Shown: in pieces, positions 8,670 to 19,136 of the stretch
Position numbering within the stretch: position 1 is the stretch's first letter
Layout: the number at the start of each line of letters is the position of its first letter
Source: Aerosakkonema funiforme BLCC-F2
Lineage (GTDB): Bacteria; Cyanobacteriota; Cyanobacteriia; Cyanobacteriales; Aerosakkonemataceae
NCBI RefSeq assembly: GCF_041929185.1
Contig: NZ_JBHFNO010000043.1
Direction: 5' to 3' (one strand)
Length of the DNA: 64,000 nucleotides
Notes under the pieces: generated by a model
What the model was told of the DNA's origin: nothing
Databases searched by the model: none
The model's input: only the letters and a program-made list of their open reading frames with translations
Translations under genes and position numbers: made by a program

Positions 8670-10916
8670 TCAATAAAATACCAAGATAGTTACAATCAGC
8701 AATGTAGTGAGAAGACCCGGCCAATAAAGCAGCTTTGGTATCAGGTTATCTTTATATTCAATGAGACGAATTTTTGAGTTCAAAGTTAACACGATCGCAT
8801 CAAGCGCCACTAGCAAAATGAAAAAATAGATCGCGAAGTAGAAGTACTCCAAGTAAATAATTCCTGTCGCAGTCACTTGTTGTCTTACCGTGATTTGATC
8901 CAGAATCACAATGAAGATAAAACCCGCACAAGCTCCCACTACTTCCATGCCGCGATCGTTCGACATCAGCATGATCGAAAATAGCAAGATAGCTACTACA
9001 CTTAGGGGTACAATTCTGGCAATGAAAATCCCGATAAAAGCTCTTTTGAAGATCACAGTAAAATAAAGCTCTGGATAGTTTTTCTTGCCAAAACCGCTGC
9101 CCCCAAAATTGGAATTGTATTTCTTTAATTTGTACTCAAAAAAACTACTCTCAATATTCCAATTTTCCGTAACGAAATCTTCCTCCAAACCCGGTCTGGA
9201 AACAGGGTTTATCAAATCGTATGAAGTTAAATCCGGCACTAGAATTACAGTTCTGTTTAAATCGAGTCGATTGATATCTTTCGGCCACAACCTGAGCCAG
9301 ACATCATTATAGTCGAAGGGATATTTGGAAAAATTAAAATTTTGCCTGATTGTGCCTTCAAAGTACCAACGGAGCAGATCGGTATTGTTAGTTGTGAACT
9401 TCTCAGGATCGCCAATTTGGATATCAGACGCTTCTGGCAGGATAAAACCTCGATTCACGCTTTCCGGGATATTTTTGTTATACTTCTGCCACACGTAACC
9501 GGTGACGAATACATCATTAGTTCCGGTAAATTTGAGAGACTGAATATAAACTCCGGTGGGAATGTACAGGGGTGGATCTTGCTTCAATTCCTCTGCTATG
9601 GCATTTTGGGGAGCCAATAAATTATCTACAGTTGCCTTGTTGAGCAGAATATTCCTGCTGTTTTTATAAGCTCGCTCCGATAAAGCAATATTCCAGATAA
9701 TACCAATCGCTGCCACACATAAAATACTATAGGTACACGCCACTGCCCAAAGACTTTTGACGCTGCCCCTATGAGCGCGAAAGATTAGAATTGACAGAAA
9801 AAAGACAAATAATATCAACTCTAACCAAAGTACGATCGTTTTTCGCCGTAACGTCGTGTTGTCGCTAGAACTTTCATCCTTGATGACAACTACTCCCAGC
9901 GACCATCCATTCAGAGGTAGCGGTTCGACAATCATCCAGGAAGATTGACCCGTTATCTCATTTTGATACTCTACAACGGTGCTTTCCCCTTTGAGGGCTT
10001 TTTCACCTAATTCTCTAATTTCTTTCTTGTCAGTTTCCGTCGCTAAGTCAAAAATCGTTTTTTGATTTTTGACGTACTCGTCAATCGGATGAGCGATAAA
10101 CACACCTTTCTTGGACAGCAAAAACCCGTAGCCAGACTTACCCAGATTGAGTGTCGCCATTAGCCTTTTGAGCTTATCTATTGAATAGTTGGCATAGATG
10201 ACGCCCGCAGGCTCTTCCTTTTTAGTTTTTGGGTTAGTCCGAGAAAACCTGACGTTATAATCTACTATGAGAGCCTCAGAATATTTGTCAATATAAGGTT
10301 CAGCCCAAACAAAATCATTCCGTAAAGCATTGAAATACCACTCATTTTCTGGCGCTGGTTTAGCATAGTCGTTGTTATCCTCAATTTGGTTCAGTTTAAT
10401 TGTGCCATCTTTTCTACCATAGAAAGGCGCATACAGACGCCGCCGAGAATACACGAAAGGTTGATAAGCAGCACCAATTGCCACAAAATCTGGATTTCTT
10501 TCAATTTCCTCTCGCAGCCTGTTTGTCAGCTGCTCATCCTTTAACTTCCCCGCAGTCAAATCGTAGGCAATCCCATTAGCTGCGCCTTGGAGTTTGCGAA
10601 GTTCTTGCTCTATCTTACGACTGGCATAAACAGTTTCCTGTCTGGCATTTATTTCAGCTTTTTGGATTACCTGATTTCTCTCTTCCGAGTAAGAATAAAA
10701 GCCGTAAGATGCCAAAAATAAACTGATACCGCAAAGTATTGTCGAGCAGTCAAATATTAATTTTTGGACTTTGCGTAGCTGAGGATTCACTTGTACAGTA
10801 TCATCCTCTGTTGCGATCTCCGTTGTACCTTCTGCTGCTGGCTCCTCTTCTATCTGAGCATTCAAATCTATGAGCTTTTGACTAATTATCTGAGTTTTCA
10901 CTCTCTTCATCTTCAT
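8670..10916 (-). CDS. Polytopic membrane protein: N-terminal TM, double-Cache-like periplasmic domain, ~7 TM segments with a second ~200-aa extracytoplasmic insert, no recognisable cytoplasmic output domain
   Basis: The Cache-like core is DFVAIGAAYQPF...GVIYANYSIDKL...GKSGYGFLLSKKGVFIAHP. Hydrophobic helices cluster at about aa 55-75, 372-423 and 640-748. The start overlaps the stop of the upstream DUF3365 gene by 35 nt. Confidence 0.6.
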   Translation of the reverse strand: MKMKRVKTQIISQKLIDLNAQIEEEPAAEGTTEIATEDDTVQVNPQLRKVQKLIFDCSTILCGISLFLASYGFYSYSEERNQVIQKAEINARQETVYASRKIEQELRKLQGAANGIAYDLTAGKLKDEQLTNRLREEIERNPDFVAIGAAYQPFVYSRRRLYAPFYGRKDGTIKLNQIEDNNDYAKPAPENEWYFNALRNDFVWAEPYIDKYSEALIVDYNVRFSRTNPKTKKEEPAGVIYANYSIDKLKRLMATLNLGKSGYGFLLSKKGVFIAHPIDEYVKNQKTIFDLATETDKKEIRELGEKALKGESTVVEYQNEITGQSSWMIVEPLPLNGWSLGVVVIKDESSSDNTTLRRKTIVLWLELILFVFFLSILIFRAHRGSVKSLWAVACTYSILCVAAIGIIWNIALSERAYKNSRNILLNKATVDNLLAPQNAIAEELKQDPPLYIPTGVYIQSLKFTGTNDVFVTGYVWQKYNKNIPESVNRGFILPEASDIQIGDPEKFTTNNTDLLRWYFEGTIRQNFNFSKYPFDYNDVWLRLWPKDINRLDLNRTVILVPDLTSYDLINPVSRPGLEEDFVTENWNIESSFFEYKLKKYNSNFGGSGFGKKNYPELYFTVIFKRAFIGIFIARIVPLSVVAILLFSIMLMSNDRGMEVVGACAGFIFIVILDQITVRQQVTATGIIYLEYFYFAIYFFILLVALDAIVLTLNSKIRLIEYKDNLIPKLLYWPGLLTTLLIVTILVFY

Positions 10917-11835
10917 TTTCGATTTCCTCTTCCGTATCTGATATTAACGATTCTTTATATTTTTCTATTTCTATTTCGTAATCCCGCTTCATGCGGTTCA
11001 AATGTGTTTTTAAATTTCCTATTTCATTTTTAGAATCAACCTCAAATTCAAGTTCTCTTTCCCCGCTAACAATCGCCTTCGTCACTCTTGTCATCTCGTC
11101 AATAGGTTCGACAATAAAGCGATTTAACAATAATTTTATCCCTGCTATTAAGAGCGCTAACGCCAACAATATAGTACCCAAAAACTTAAAAACTAACAGC
11201 TGGGCACTACCGAAAACTGTACCGACTGGTACAGCAATCATTTGAGCGCCGACTATTTCATTCAGCTTCCAGCCAAACCCATTTTCTTTGCCGTACTGTG
11301 CAACCATACTTGGGGGAGCTTTTTCTGGCGTATCGTGACATTCCAAACAACTAGCTTGAGTAACTTTTGCAGGTCGCGCTACATAAAATAATTTTTTGCC
11401 CCGATCGTCTCTATAACCTTCTACTTGTTCGAGCGCTTTTTCTTTGCGAAACCGCTCGATCAGCTGCGTTTCAAAATCATCCGCCTTATCCTTAATATTT
11501 GTCGGGTTAAGTGTCGCCTCTTTGTAGAAAAAATCTTGATATTCTGGATTTTGGCGCAATCTTTCAAATACTTCTCTGGCTGCGAAAAAAGAAACGGATT
11601 CAGGGATAAATTCTTGAGCTAATCTAGTACCAAACTTGGGCTTCACCTGTTCGTTGGTGTACCTGTGAACGGCTATCATGGTCTTCATCATTATGCCAGC
11701 TTTGGTAGTTATTTCATTTCTGGCTCTATCTCGTATGCCGTTATTGATAACTACTCCGCTCAGCACTAATGCTCCTATGACAACTACGAGTGTTAACAAA
11801 GTGAAGAGTGTTTCTAGTTTAATATTTTTTAACAT
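10882..11835 (-). CDS. DUF3365 (Tll0287-like c-type heme-binding) periplasmic sensor domain followed by TM and HAMP domain, with an acidic C-terminal tail and no kinase or other output domain
   Basis: N-terminal TM, then a ~170-aa periplasmic domain containing the CxxCH heme c motif (ASCLECHDT, nt ~11334-11348), a second TM, a HAMP-like amphipathic segment (LLLNRFIVEPIDEMTRVTKAIVSGE), and a Glu/Asp-rich tail. Confidence 0.6.
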   Translation of the reverse strand: MLKNIKLETLFTLLTLVVVIGALVLSGVVINNGIRDRARNEITTKAGIMMKTMIAVHRYTNEQVKPKFGTRLAQEFIPESVSFFAAREVFERLRQNPEYQDFFYKEATLNPTNIKDKADDFETQLIERFRKEKALEQVEGYRDDRGKKLFYVARPAKVTQASCLECHDTPEKAPPSMVAQYGKENGFGWKLNEIVGAQMIAVPVGTVFGSAQLLVFKFLGTILLALALLIAGIKLLLNRFIVEPIDEMTRVTKAIVSGERELEFEVDSKNEIGNLKTHLNRMKRDYEIEIEKYKESLISDTEEEIENEDEESENSDN

Positions 11836-12077
11836 TTTTTAAGATGATTTTCAATTTTTATGGATAGGTAAAAATACTACTAAATTTGAGATTAAATCGT
11901 ACCAAGTAGCATAGTAATTCCAAAATATCCAAAAGTCAACCTTTGGGTAGATGAAATACTATTTTTGTTTCTGACGGGATCGAAACACAATCAGAGAATA
12001 CAGGCGCTATTTGTGGCGGGGCGACGAGCGGGCGGCGAAGCCCTCCGCTACCCCGACCCAGAGCCGCCGAAAAAATA

Positions 12078-12803
12078 TCAACGGGTATCTTCCGAAGGTG
12101 GTACTGCTTGCGGACAAGTTTTGTGATTGACATCGCAACTGAAAATATAGGTTTTCTGCCAGTTTAAAGGTATCTCCAGCAAATCCCGCGTACCTGTTAG
12201 TCCCTGTCCGATAAAAAGTAAGAGAGCAAAACTGTTCAAAATTATATGAAAAGTTCGCCAGCGATTCGATTTATCTTTATAGATATCTTGCACAATGGCT
12301 AAAGAAAAAATCATCAGTAATGTGGCAGTAATGCCGATGTAGTAATGAGACCAGTACCATTCATTCGTGCGACGAAAAACTCCGTCCTGACAACCGAGAA
12401 GGACTATACCCATCCCGGTTAAAGTCGCAAAAACTCCGCGCCAGATTTTCTGCTTTGCGAGGTAGAGCAATACGAGGGCGGCGATCGTATCCAAAAACAT
12501 CAGCAGGATAAAGGCAACTTGCAAAGGAGCTTTAGTCCAGGTGCGATCGCTCAAAATATGTTCGACAATATGGTAAGCTAACCCCACCAAAGTCAACCCC
12601 ACAACCCAACCAGTCAGCCAGCGACCCATTTTGATGTGTTCTGGGCCAACATAGGAGGGAATTTTACTTTTGTCTTTGGCAGCAGTTTGCAAGCGACGCA
12701 CGCGGGTCTGCCATGCAAAGTTTACCACTGTGCCAATCAGGGGAAAGACTAGCACGACTGCGATCGCCGGATGAATAAGAGCCAGAAAATCTTGGAATTC
12801 CAT
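12078..12803 (-). CDS. Conserved cyanobacterial integral membrane protein (DUF4079-like, 6-7 TM)
   Basis: Hydrophobicity pattern only. The start is taken at MEFQDFLALIHP. It is the first gene of the same-strand trio 12803>12078, 11835>10882, 10916>8670. Confidence 0.5.
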   Translation of the reverse strand: MEFQDFLALIHPAIAVVLVFPLIGTVVNFAWQTRVRRLQTAAKDKSKIPSYVGPEHIKMGRWLTGWVVGLTLVGLAYHIVEHILSDRTWTKAPLQVAFILLMFLDTIAALVLLYLAKQKIWRGVFATLTGMGIVLLGCQDGVFRRTNEWYWSHYYIGITATLLMIFSLAIVQDIYKDKSNRWRTFHIILNSFALLLFIGQGLTGTRDLLEIPLNWQKTYIFSCDVNHKTCPQAVPPSEDTR

Positions 12804-13110
12804 AACACACCCAGGAGTCAAAAGTCAAAAGTCATACATTCAAAAATCCTATAAGCGTCAGGCATTCAACTACTTCCGATCTGGTCGGTTACTTCTGCTG
12901 TACTGCGCTAGCCACCCAAAGTAGCATAGTTGAAAGTGGTTAACAAATAACTAATTACCAATGATTAATGGCTAACGACTAATGTAAAAATTCTTCATCT
13001 AATTATTAAGTCTCTCCATCAAACAACAACAAAATTAATGTTTTTTTTGGCATTTATGTGGGCAACCTAGAAATAGACGGGTAATTCAGCCCTAGCCGGA
13101 GCAAAATAAT

Positions 13111-14106
13111 ATGGACGCTAACGAACTACTCAGACGTTATGCAGCAGGAGAAAGAGATTTTAGTGGAGCTAATTTAATTGGAGCTAACCTAGAAAGCGCC
13201 CAACTCTTGGGAGCTAACTTTTCCGGTGCATATCTAGCAGCAACCAACCTCAGCCGCGCACATCTAACGGGGGCAAATCTTTCCGGAGCATTTTTGCACC
13301 GCGCCGATCTAAGATTTGCGAAGCTAAACGAAGCAATATTAACAAACGCAGACTTAACAAAAGCTAATCTTCAAGGAGCCTTCATAGTTAAATCCGTGCT
13401 GACGGGAGCCAAACTGAGTGGCGCGATAATGACAGCAGTAAACTTGCGTTTGGCAAATTTACAGGGCGTTAATCTGTGTGGCGCAGATTTGCGGGGCATT
13501 AATTTTCGTTCTGCCAATCTAGTAGATGCTAACTTAAATTGGGCTAACCTCACGGGAGCCAGATTGAGCGGAGCCCAGTTGCGGGGAGCATTACTCAACG
13601 GCATCAAACTCAGTAAAGCTTTCCTCAATGGTGTAGACCTCAATAGCGTAGACTTGGATGGAGTCAATCTCAGCGAATCGAAACTGAGCGGAGCTAACCT
13701 CAGCGGAGCCAACCTTTCTGCAACTAACTTCAGCAATGCCCAGCTGCGCGTATCGATATTGGCCAGGACAAACCTTCACGCATCCAACCTCAGCGGTGCA
13801 AACCTTACCAAAGCCGACTTATGCGAAGCAAATTTAAGTAAGGCAGACCTCTCATCCGCCGATATGAGCAAGGCAGATTTAACAGGCGCTAATCTAAATA
13901 TGGCCGATCTCAGCGATGCCGACTTGAGCAATGCCTGTTTGCGACAAGCTTACCTCTGGGGAGCTAACTTTAATGTGGCAGCAATGCGCGGCGCGGATTT
14001 GACTGGAGCTAGCTTGCGCGGAGCGTACATCGAAGGCACAGAAGCACACTGGCCGCAGGCAATTCTGACAGGAGCGACTATGCCTGATGGCAGTCGCCAC
14101 AACTAA
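13111..14106 (+). CDS. Pentapeptide-repeat protein (paralog B, ~80% identical to 7571..8560)
   Basis: MDANELLRRYAAGERDFSGANLIGANLESAQL... is collinear with paralog A over its full length. Confidence 0.85.
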   Translation: MDANELLRRYAAGERDFSGANLIGANLESAQLLGANFSGAYLAATNLSRAHLTGANLSGAFLHRADLRFAKLNEAILTNADLTKANLQGAFIVKSVLTGAKLSGAIMTAVNLRLANLQGVNLCGADLRGINFRSANLVDANLNWANLTGARLSGAQLRGALLNGIKLSKAFLNGVDLNSVDLDGVNLSESKLSGANLSGANLSATNFSNAQLRVSILARTNLHASNLSGANLTKADLCEANLSKADLSSADMSKADLTGANLNMADLSDADLSNACLRQAYLWGANFNVAAMRGADLTGASLRGAYIEGTEAHWPQAILTGATMPDGSRHN

Positions 14107-14119
14107 GTTAGGGGCTAGA

Positions 14120-14235
14120 AAAACTTAAAAGTTAAAAGTCAAAAAAAGGGACTAGGGGCTAGAGGTTAGGGATTAGGGAAGAGGGAGAGGGAAGAGGGAA
14201 AAATATTAATTCTGTCCTCTGCCCCATATCCAATT
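14120..14235. repeat. Composite STR/hairpin element (purine heptamers, AAATATTAATTC, pyrimidine tract)
   Basis: AAAGTTAAAAGTCAAAAAAA, then GGGACTAGGGGCTAGAGGTTAGGGATTAGGGAAGAGGGAGAGGGAAGAGGGAAA, then AATATTAATTC, then TGTCCTCTGCCCC. Confidence 0.7.
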
Positions 14236-14317
14236 GGCAAAAAATTGGCTTTTCCACCACAAGTACCGGAGAAGCCACTTATTTGTGTTGGATTCATTTG
14301 AGAATTGCTGTAGGAGC

Positions 14318-14340
14318 TAGGGTGGGTATTGCCCACCCTA
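14318..14340. promoter_or_regulatory. Conserved palindrome TAGGGTGGGTATTGCCCACCCTA (copy 2 of 3), ~75 nt upstream of the CHASE3 kinase gene
   Basis: Same motif as at 7368 and 21763. Confidence 0.5.
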
Positions 14341-14415
14341 CTTGCTTATGGACAATCTCGCTGCAAAATGGTAATGGCAGCCTTACTAATCATTTTTGCA
14401 GCGAAATAAATTGCT

Positions 14416-17013
14416 ATGACAAGAGCGTACAAAAAAATTATTGCTGGTGGGTTTGGCTTGGCTTTACTCCTCTTAAGCGGCGTGGGTGCAGTTTCGTATC
14501 TGAGCGTACAAAAGTTGATTGCAAATAAGCAATTGCTCGAACATACTCGTCAAGTATTGGAAGAAATCGATAAAACTCTTGACGGTATCAAAGAGGCTGA
14601 AACATCAAGACGTGCCTACATCATCACAGGAAACGATATTTATCTAAAAAGTTATAACGCCGATCTTGAAACAGCTAAGCGCTCTCTCAAAGTTGTCCGG
14701 GAGTTAACTGATGATAATCCTCACCAACAGCGCCGACTCGATGAATTAGAACCGATGCTCGCACAAAGACTGGCTGTGCTTCAGGTATCGATCGATTTAG
14801 TTAAGCAGAAAAAATCGAACCAGAAAAATCAAATTATCCTCACCGATCGCGGCAACGCTATCCAACAAAAAGTTCGAGAAAAACTGTCTGAAATGGAACA
14901 AGAAGAACGACTTTTATTGCAGCAGCGATCGGCAGCGATAAATGACAGCGTTCGCTATACTAGCATCCTTGTGGCTATTGGCTATTTTTTGAGTTTCAGC
15001 CTGCTATTTCTCGTTTATTTTCAGCTTAAAAAGCAAATTCGAGTTAGCCAATTGGCAGAAGCAGAACTGCTAAAACGCACGCAAATGCTAGACTTTGCTA
15101 ATGATACGATTATTATTTTCGATCTAGAAGATCGCATTCAGTATTGGAATCAAGGGGCAGCACGCTTATATGGGTGGTCAAAAGAAGAAGCTGTTGGAAA
15201 AGAAATCCATGAACTTTTACAAACAGTATTTCCCAAACCTTTAGAGTCAATCAAAAATGAGTGCTTGCGCGATGTTTATTGGCAGGGAGAACTCAGACAC
15301 ACGCAACGAGATGGCACGCAAATTATAGTAGAGAGTCGCTGGACATCAGAGCGAGACAAACAGGGTAAGGCGGTAGCATTTCTGGAAATTAACTACGATA
15401 TTACCGATCGCAAACGGGTAGAAGACGTTCTTCGGATCGGCCAAGAAAGATATGCCCTCGCCGTTAGTTCCGGACAAGTAGGAGTTTGGGACTGGAATAT
15501 TCAGACTAACCAATTTTATATCGATTCCAATATCAAAGAAGCTCTAGGATATACGGATTTAGATATTCCGAACACTTTGGAAACTTGGTATGGTTTGCTA
15601 CATCCCGACGACAGAGAAAAGGCGATCGCAGCCATTAGAGAACACCTGCAAGGATTGACGCCGCAGTATGAAATGGAACATCGCCGACTCCACAAAGACG
15701 GCAGCATTCGGTGGTTTCTTTCCCGTGGTATAGCTTTTCAGGATGCCAACGATCGCGCTTTTCGCATGACGGGGACAGATACGGACATCACGGATCGCAA
15801 AACAGCAGAAATAGCTTTATCCCAACGCGAACAAGAACTGAAAACGGTGCTAGAAAATACCCCGGATGTAATTTCTCGATTGGATCGACAAATACGATAC
15901 CTTTATATTAATCCTGCCATTACAAAGGAAACAGGAATTCCAGCTGAAGCATTCATCGGTAAAACTCTTTGGGAATTGGGTTTTCCACAAGCACTCGTAG
16001 AGCAATTGGAAGCACCCTGTCAGAAAGTTTTTGCTACAGGTGAAATGAATGTAGTAGAATTCAATTCTGCCAGCCCCAATGGATTAAAATTCTACCAAGC
16101 TCGTCTTGTGCCAGAATTCGCCCTTGATACTTCCGTAGAATCTGTGCTTATTATTACCCGCGACATCACCCAGAGGAAGCAAGCAGAGGATGCACTGCGG
16201 GAACTGAATAATGAACTGACGGAGATTAATGGTGCTTTAGAAGCTGAAATTGCCGAGCGAAAAGAAGCAGAACGAAAACTAGAACAACTAACTGCGGAAT
16301 TGCAACGTTCCAATCAGGAATTAGAGCAATTTGCTTATGTAGCTTCCCACGATTTGCAAGAACCGTTGAGAGCGGTGACCGGTTACACCGAACTGCTATT
16401 GCATGACTACCAGCACCTTTTTGATGAGTCCGCACGCGAATACATGGGCTACATCATTGATGGTTCGACAAGGATGCGGCAGTTAATTCAAGACTTGCTA
16501 GCATATTCCCGTGTGGGTACTCGCGGTAAAGAGTTTGTTCCCGCTGACTGCAATGCGCTCTTGCGTGAAGCGCTCGATCGTTTGCAAGTAGCGATCGCCG
16601 AAAATAACGCTACCATTACCTATGACTCCCTGCCAACCGTTATGGCAGACAAAACTCAATTGGTGCAGTTATTTCAAAATTTGATCGGTAACGCGATCAA
16701 ATTCCACCGGGAAATGCCACCCCAAGTTCGGATTTCGGCAGAATTAACAGATAACAAATGGCTCTTCTCTGTGCGGGATAATGGAATTGGCATCAAAGAC
16801 CAGTATCTCGATCGCATTTTCGAGATCTTCAAACGTCTCCATACTCGCAGAGAATTTCCCGGTACTGGTATTGGTTTGGCTATCTGCAAAAAGATTGTCG
16901 AACGCCACGGCGGAAACATCTGGGCTGAATCTCAGCTAGGAGTAGGAACGAAATTTTACTTTACCATCCCTTCTGAGTCATCCCTCCCAACAGAGATTAA
17001 TTTACATGATTAG
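14416..17013 (+). CDS. CHASE3-TM-PAS(x3)-HisKA-HATPase sensor histidine kinase
   Basis: N-terminal CHASE3 ([27 protein letters not shown]...[11 protein letters not shown]), TM, three PAS/PAC modules (ITDRK linkers), H-box [12 protein letters not shown], ATPase block [18 protein letters not shown]. Confidence 0.85.
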   Translation: MTRAYKKIIAGGFGLALLLLSGVGAVSYLSVQKLIANKQLLEHTRQVLEEIDKTLDGIKEAETSRRAYIITGNDIYLKSYNADLETAKRSLKVVRELTDDNPHQQRRLDELEPMLAQRLAVLQVSIDLVKQKKSNQKNQIILTDRGNAIQQKVREKLSEMEQEERLLLQQRSAAINDSVRYTSILVAIGYFLSFSLLFLVYFQLKKQIRVSQLAEAELLKRTQMLDFANDTIIIFDLEDRIQYWNQGAARLYGWSKEEAVGKEIHELLQTVFPKPLESIKNECLRDVYWQGELRHTQRDGTQIIVESRWTSERDKQGKAVAFLEINYDITDRKRVEDVLRIGQERYALAVSSGQVGVWDWNIQTNQFYIDSNIKEALGYTDLDIPNTLETWYGLLHPDDREKAIAAIREHLQGLTPQYEMEHRRLHKDGSIRWFLSRGIAFQDANDRAFRMTGTDTDITDRKTAEIALSQREQELKTVLENTPDVISRLDRQIRYLYINPAITKETGIPAEAFIGKTLWELGFPQALVEQLEAPCQKVFATGEMNVVEFNSASPNGLKFYQARLVPEFALDTSVESVLIITRDITQRKQAEDALRELNNELTEINGALEAEIAERKEAERKLEQLTAELQRSNQELEQFAYVASHDLQEPLRAVTGYTELLLHDYQHLFDESAREYMGYIIDGSTRMRQLIQDLLAYSRVGTRGKEFVPADCNALLREALDRLQVAIAENNATITYDSLPTVMADKTQLVQLFQNLIGNAIKFHREMPPQVRISAELTDNKWLFSVRDNGIGIKDQYLDRIFEIFKRLHTRREFPGTGIGLAICKKIVERHGGNIWAESQLGVGTKFYFTIPSESSLPTEINLHD

Positions 17014-17452
17014 CAGCGAACTGCTGAGACCGATTGAAATTTTGCTGATTGAAGACTATCCCAGCGACGCTAACCTAACTATAAAAAGGTTAAAGACAGC
17101 CAAGGTAATCAATAACTTACATTGGGTTGAAGATGGGGAAACAGCAATGAAATTTCTCCGACATCAAGATGAATATGCTGATGTTCCCCGTCCTGACCTG
17201 ATTCTACTCGACCTTAACCTGCCAGCTATGGATGGACGGGAAGTACTCGGCGAGATCAAATTAGACCCGCAGTTAAAACGTATACCTGTGGTAATTCTCA
17301 CCACTTCAGCAGATGAACGCGATGTGTTGATAGCTTACAATTTAAACGCTAACTGCTACATTACTAAGCCGGTTGACATCCAACAGTTTTTTGATGTGAT
17401 CGGCGCGATCGAAGATTTCTGGCTAGCCGCAGTGAAACTACCTCTAGATTAA
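17006..17452 (+). CDS. Single-domain CheY/Rcp-like response regulator, translationally coupled to the upstream kinase (ATGATTAG overlap)
   Basis: [11 protein letters not shown]...[14 protein letters not shown]...ITKP. Confidence 0.85.
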   Translation: MISSELLRPIEILLIEDYPSDANLTIKRLKTAKVINNLHWVEDGETAMKFLRHQDEYADVPRPDLILLDLNLPAMDGREVLGEIKLDPQLKRIPVVILTTSADERDVLIAYNLNANCYITKPVDIQQFFDVIGAIEDFWLAAVKLPLD

Positions 17453-17534
17453 TTCCAAACTCGATCGAAATTTAAAGTTAGGCAGAACTTCCGATCCGAT
17501 CGTAAAAATAACCTTACACTCCTGGCGATGCTGT

Positions 17535-19073
17535 ATGAATAACAAACCCATTCATATACTTTTGGTCGAAGATAGCCCTAGCGATGCAATCTTGCTGCGC
17601 CAACTCTTTTCGCGTCTAAACAGCGGGGAGTGGGAACTGATATGGGTTGAACGACTGAGTGATGCGATCGAGTCTTGCAGCGATTTCCTGTTTGATGTAG
17701 CTTTGTTAGACCTTTCTCTACCAGATTCTGATGGATTGGAGACGGTAGCAGAATTTAACGCAGCTGCACCAGATATCCCCATTGTAGTGCTGACGGGAGC
17801 TGACGATGAGGAGATGGGCTTGCAAGCGGTGGCAAAAGGAGCGCAAGATTATATTGTCAAAGACCAAATCACAGTTCAATTGCTAGTTAGGGCGATCCGC
17901 TATGCGATCGAACGGGGACAAATCCTCAAGCAACTCCACGATAGCGAACGGCGTTTTCGGGGAATTTTTGACCAAACATTCCAACTGATGCTATTGTTAA
18001 GCCCAGAAGGAATTATTCTAGAAATTAACAAAACATCTCTTGCTTTTTGTGGCGGCAAACAAAATGATTTTGTCGGTTCGCCGCTATGGGAGATCGACTG
18101 TTTGTATGATTCTCAGGTAACTCAGGAGTGGTTGAAAAGTGCGATCGCCAACGCCGCTGAAGGTAATTTCGTCCGTAACGAACTCCAGATGTGCGGCGCA
18201 GAAAGTGCGATCGTCTGGATTGACTTATCGCTCAAGCCATTAAAAGATGAAAGGGGCAAAACTATACTGCTGATTGCGGAAGGCAGGGATATTAGCGATC
18301 GCAAACGCGCTGAAGCAGAAGTACTCAAATCATTGGAAAAAGAACGAGAACTCAATCAGCTTAAATCCAGTTTTATCTCAATGGTTTCCCACGAATTCCG
18401 CAACCCCATGACCGCAATTCGCACAGCTGCTCAAATTCTCCAAAGCTATGGCGATCGCTTGACTGAAGAACAAAAAATCAAATATTTTGACCAGATTAAG
18501 AATGCTGTCAACAATACCACTCAACTACTAGAAGAAGTCTTGCTTCTCGGTAAAACTGACGCCAACAGGCTGCAATATCAACCCGCCACTTTAGATTTAA
18601 AAGATTTTTGTCGCGAACTCATGGAAAATTTGCAATTCACCGCCACAGAACAGCACAACATTACCTTTACCTGTGCAGGAGAATGCAGCCAAGTTGAAAT
18701 GGACGAATTTTTAATGGGACACATTTTTAACAATTTAATCTCCAACGCTATTAAGTATTCTCCCCAAGGCGGCAACGTTCGGTTTAATTTAATTTGTCAA
18801 AACGGTACGGCGATTTTTCAGATTCAAGATGAAGGCATCGGCATTCCTTTAAAAGATCGACAACATTTGTTTGAAACTTTCTATCGCGGCAGCAATGTGA
18901 ATCGAATTCAAGGCACGGGATTGGGACTGGCAATTGTCAAAAAATGTGTAGATTTACACCGGGGACAAATTCAACTGCAAAGCGATGTAGGCGCTGGCAC
19001 AACTTTTATTGTAACGCTGCCTTTAACTAGATTTGCGGAAGTTCCGCGTCACATCATAGAGTGTGGCGTGTAG
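17535..19073 (+). CDS. Hybrid REC-PAS-HisKA-HATPase histidine kinase
   Basis: N-terminal receiver (LLVEDSPSDA...DVALLDLSLPDSDG), PAS, H-box SHEFRNPMTAIR, ATPase block GTGLGLAIVKK. Confidence 0.85.
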   Translation: MNNKPIHILLVEDSPSDAILLRQLFSRLNSGEWELIWVERLSDAIESCSDFLFDVALLDLSLPDSDGLETVAEFNAAAPDIPIVVLTGADDEEMGLQAVAKGAQDYIVKDQITVQLLVRAIRYAIERGQILKQLHDSERRFRGIFDQTFQLMLLLSPEGIILEINKTSLAFCGGKQNDFVGSPLWEIDCLYDSQVTQEWLKSAIANAAEGNFVRNELQMCGAESAIVWIDLSLKPLKDERGKTILLIAEGRDISDRKRAEAEVLKSLEKERELNQLKSSFISMVSHEFRNPMTAIRTAAQILQSYGDRLTEEQKIKYFDQIKNAVNNTTQLLEEVLLLGKTDANRLQYQPATLDLKDFCRELMENLQFTATEQHNITFTCAGECSQVEMDEFLMGHIFNNLISNAIKYSPQGGNVRFNLICQNGTAIFQIQDEGIGIPLKDRQHLFETFYRGSNVNRIQGTGLGLAIVKKCVDLHRGQIQLQSDVGAGTTFIVTLPLTRFAEVPRHIIECGV

Positions 19074-19136
19074 AGAAAGCCGGTTTCTTGAAGAAACGCA
19101 GAGAAACCCGGTTTCTTGAAGAAACCGGGTTTCTGG
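19074..19136. terminator. Palindromic AAACCCGGTTTC-TTGAA-GAAACCGGGTTT hairpin (14-bp stem) with an adjacent half-copy, immediately after the stop of 17535..19073
   Basis: GAGAAACCCGGTTTCTTGAAGAAACCGGGTTTCTG is a perfect inverted repeat. It is not followed by a U-tract. Related copies occur at 34899, 34949 and 35954. Confidence 0.55.
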
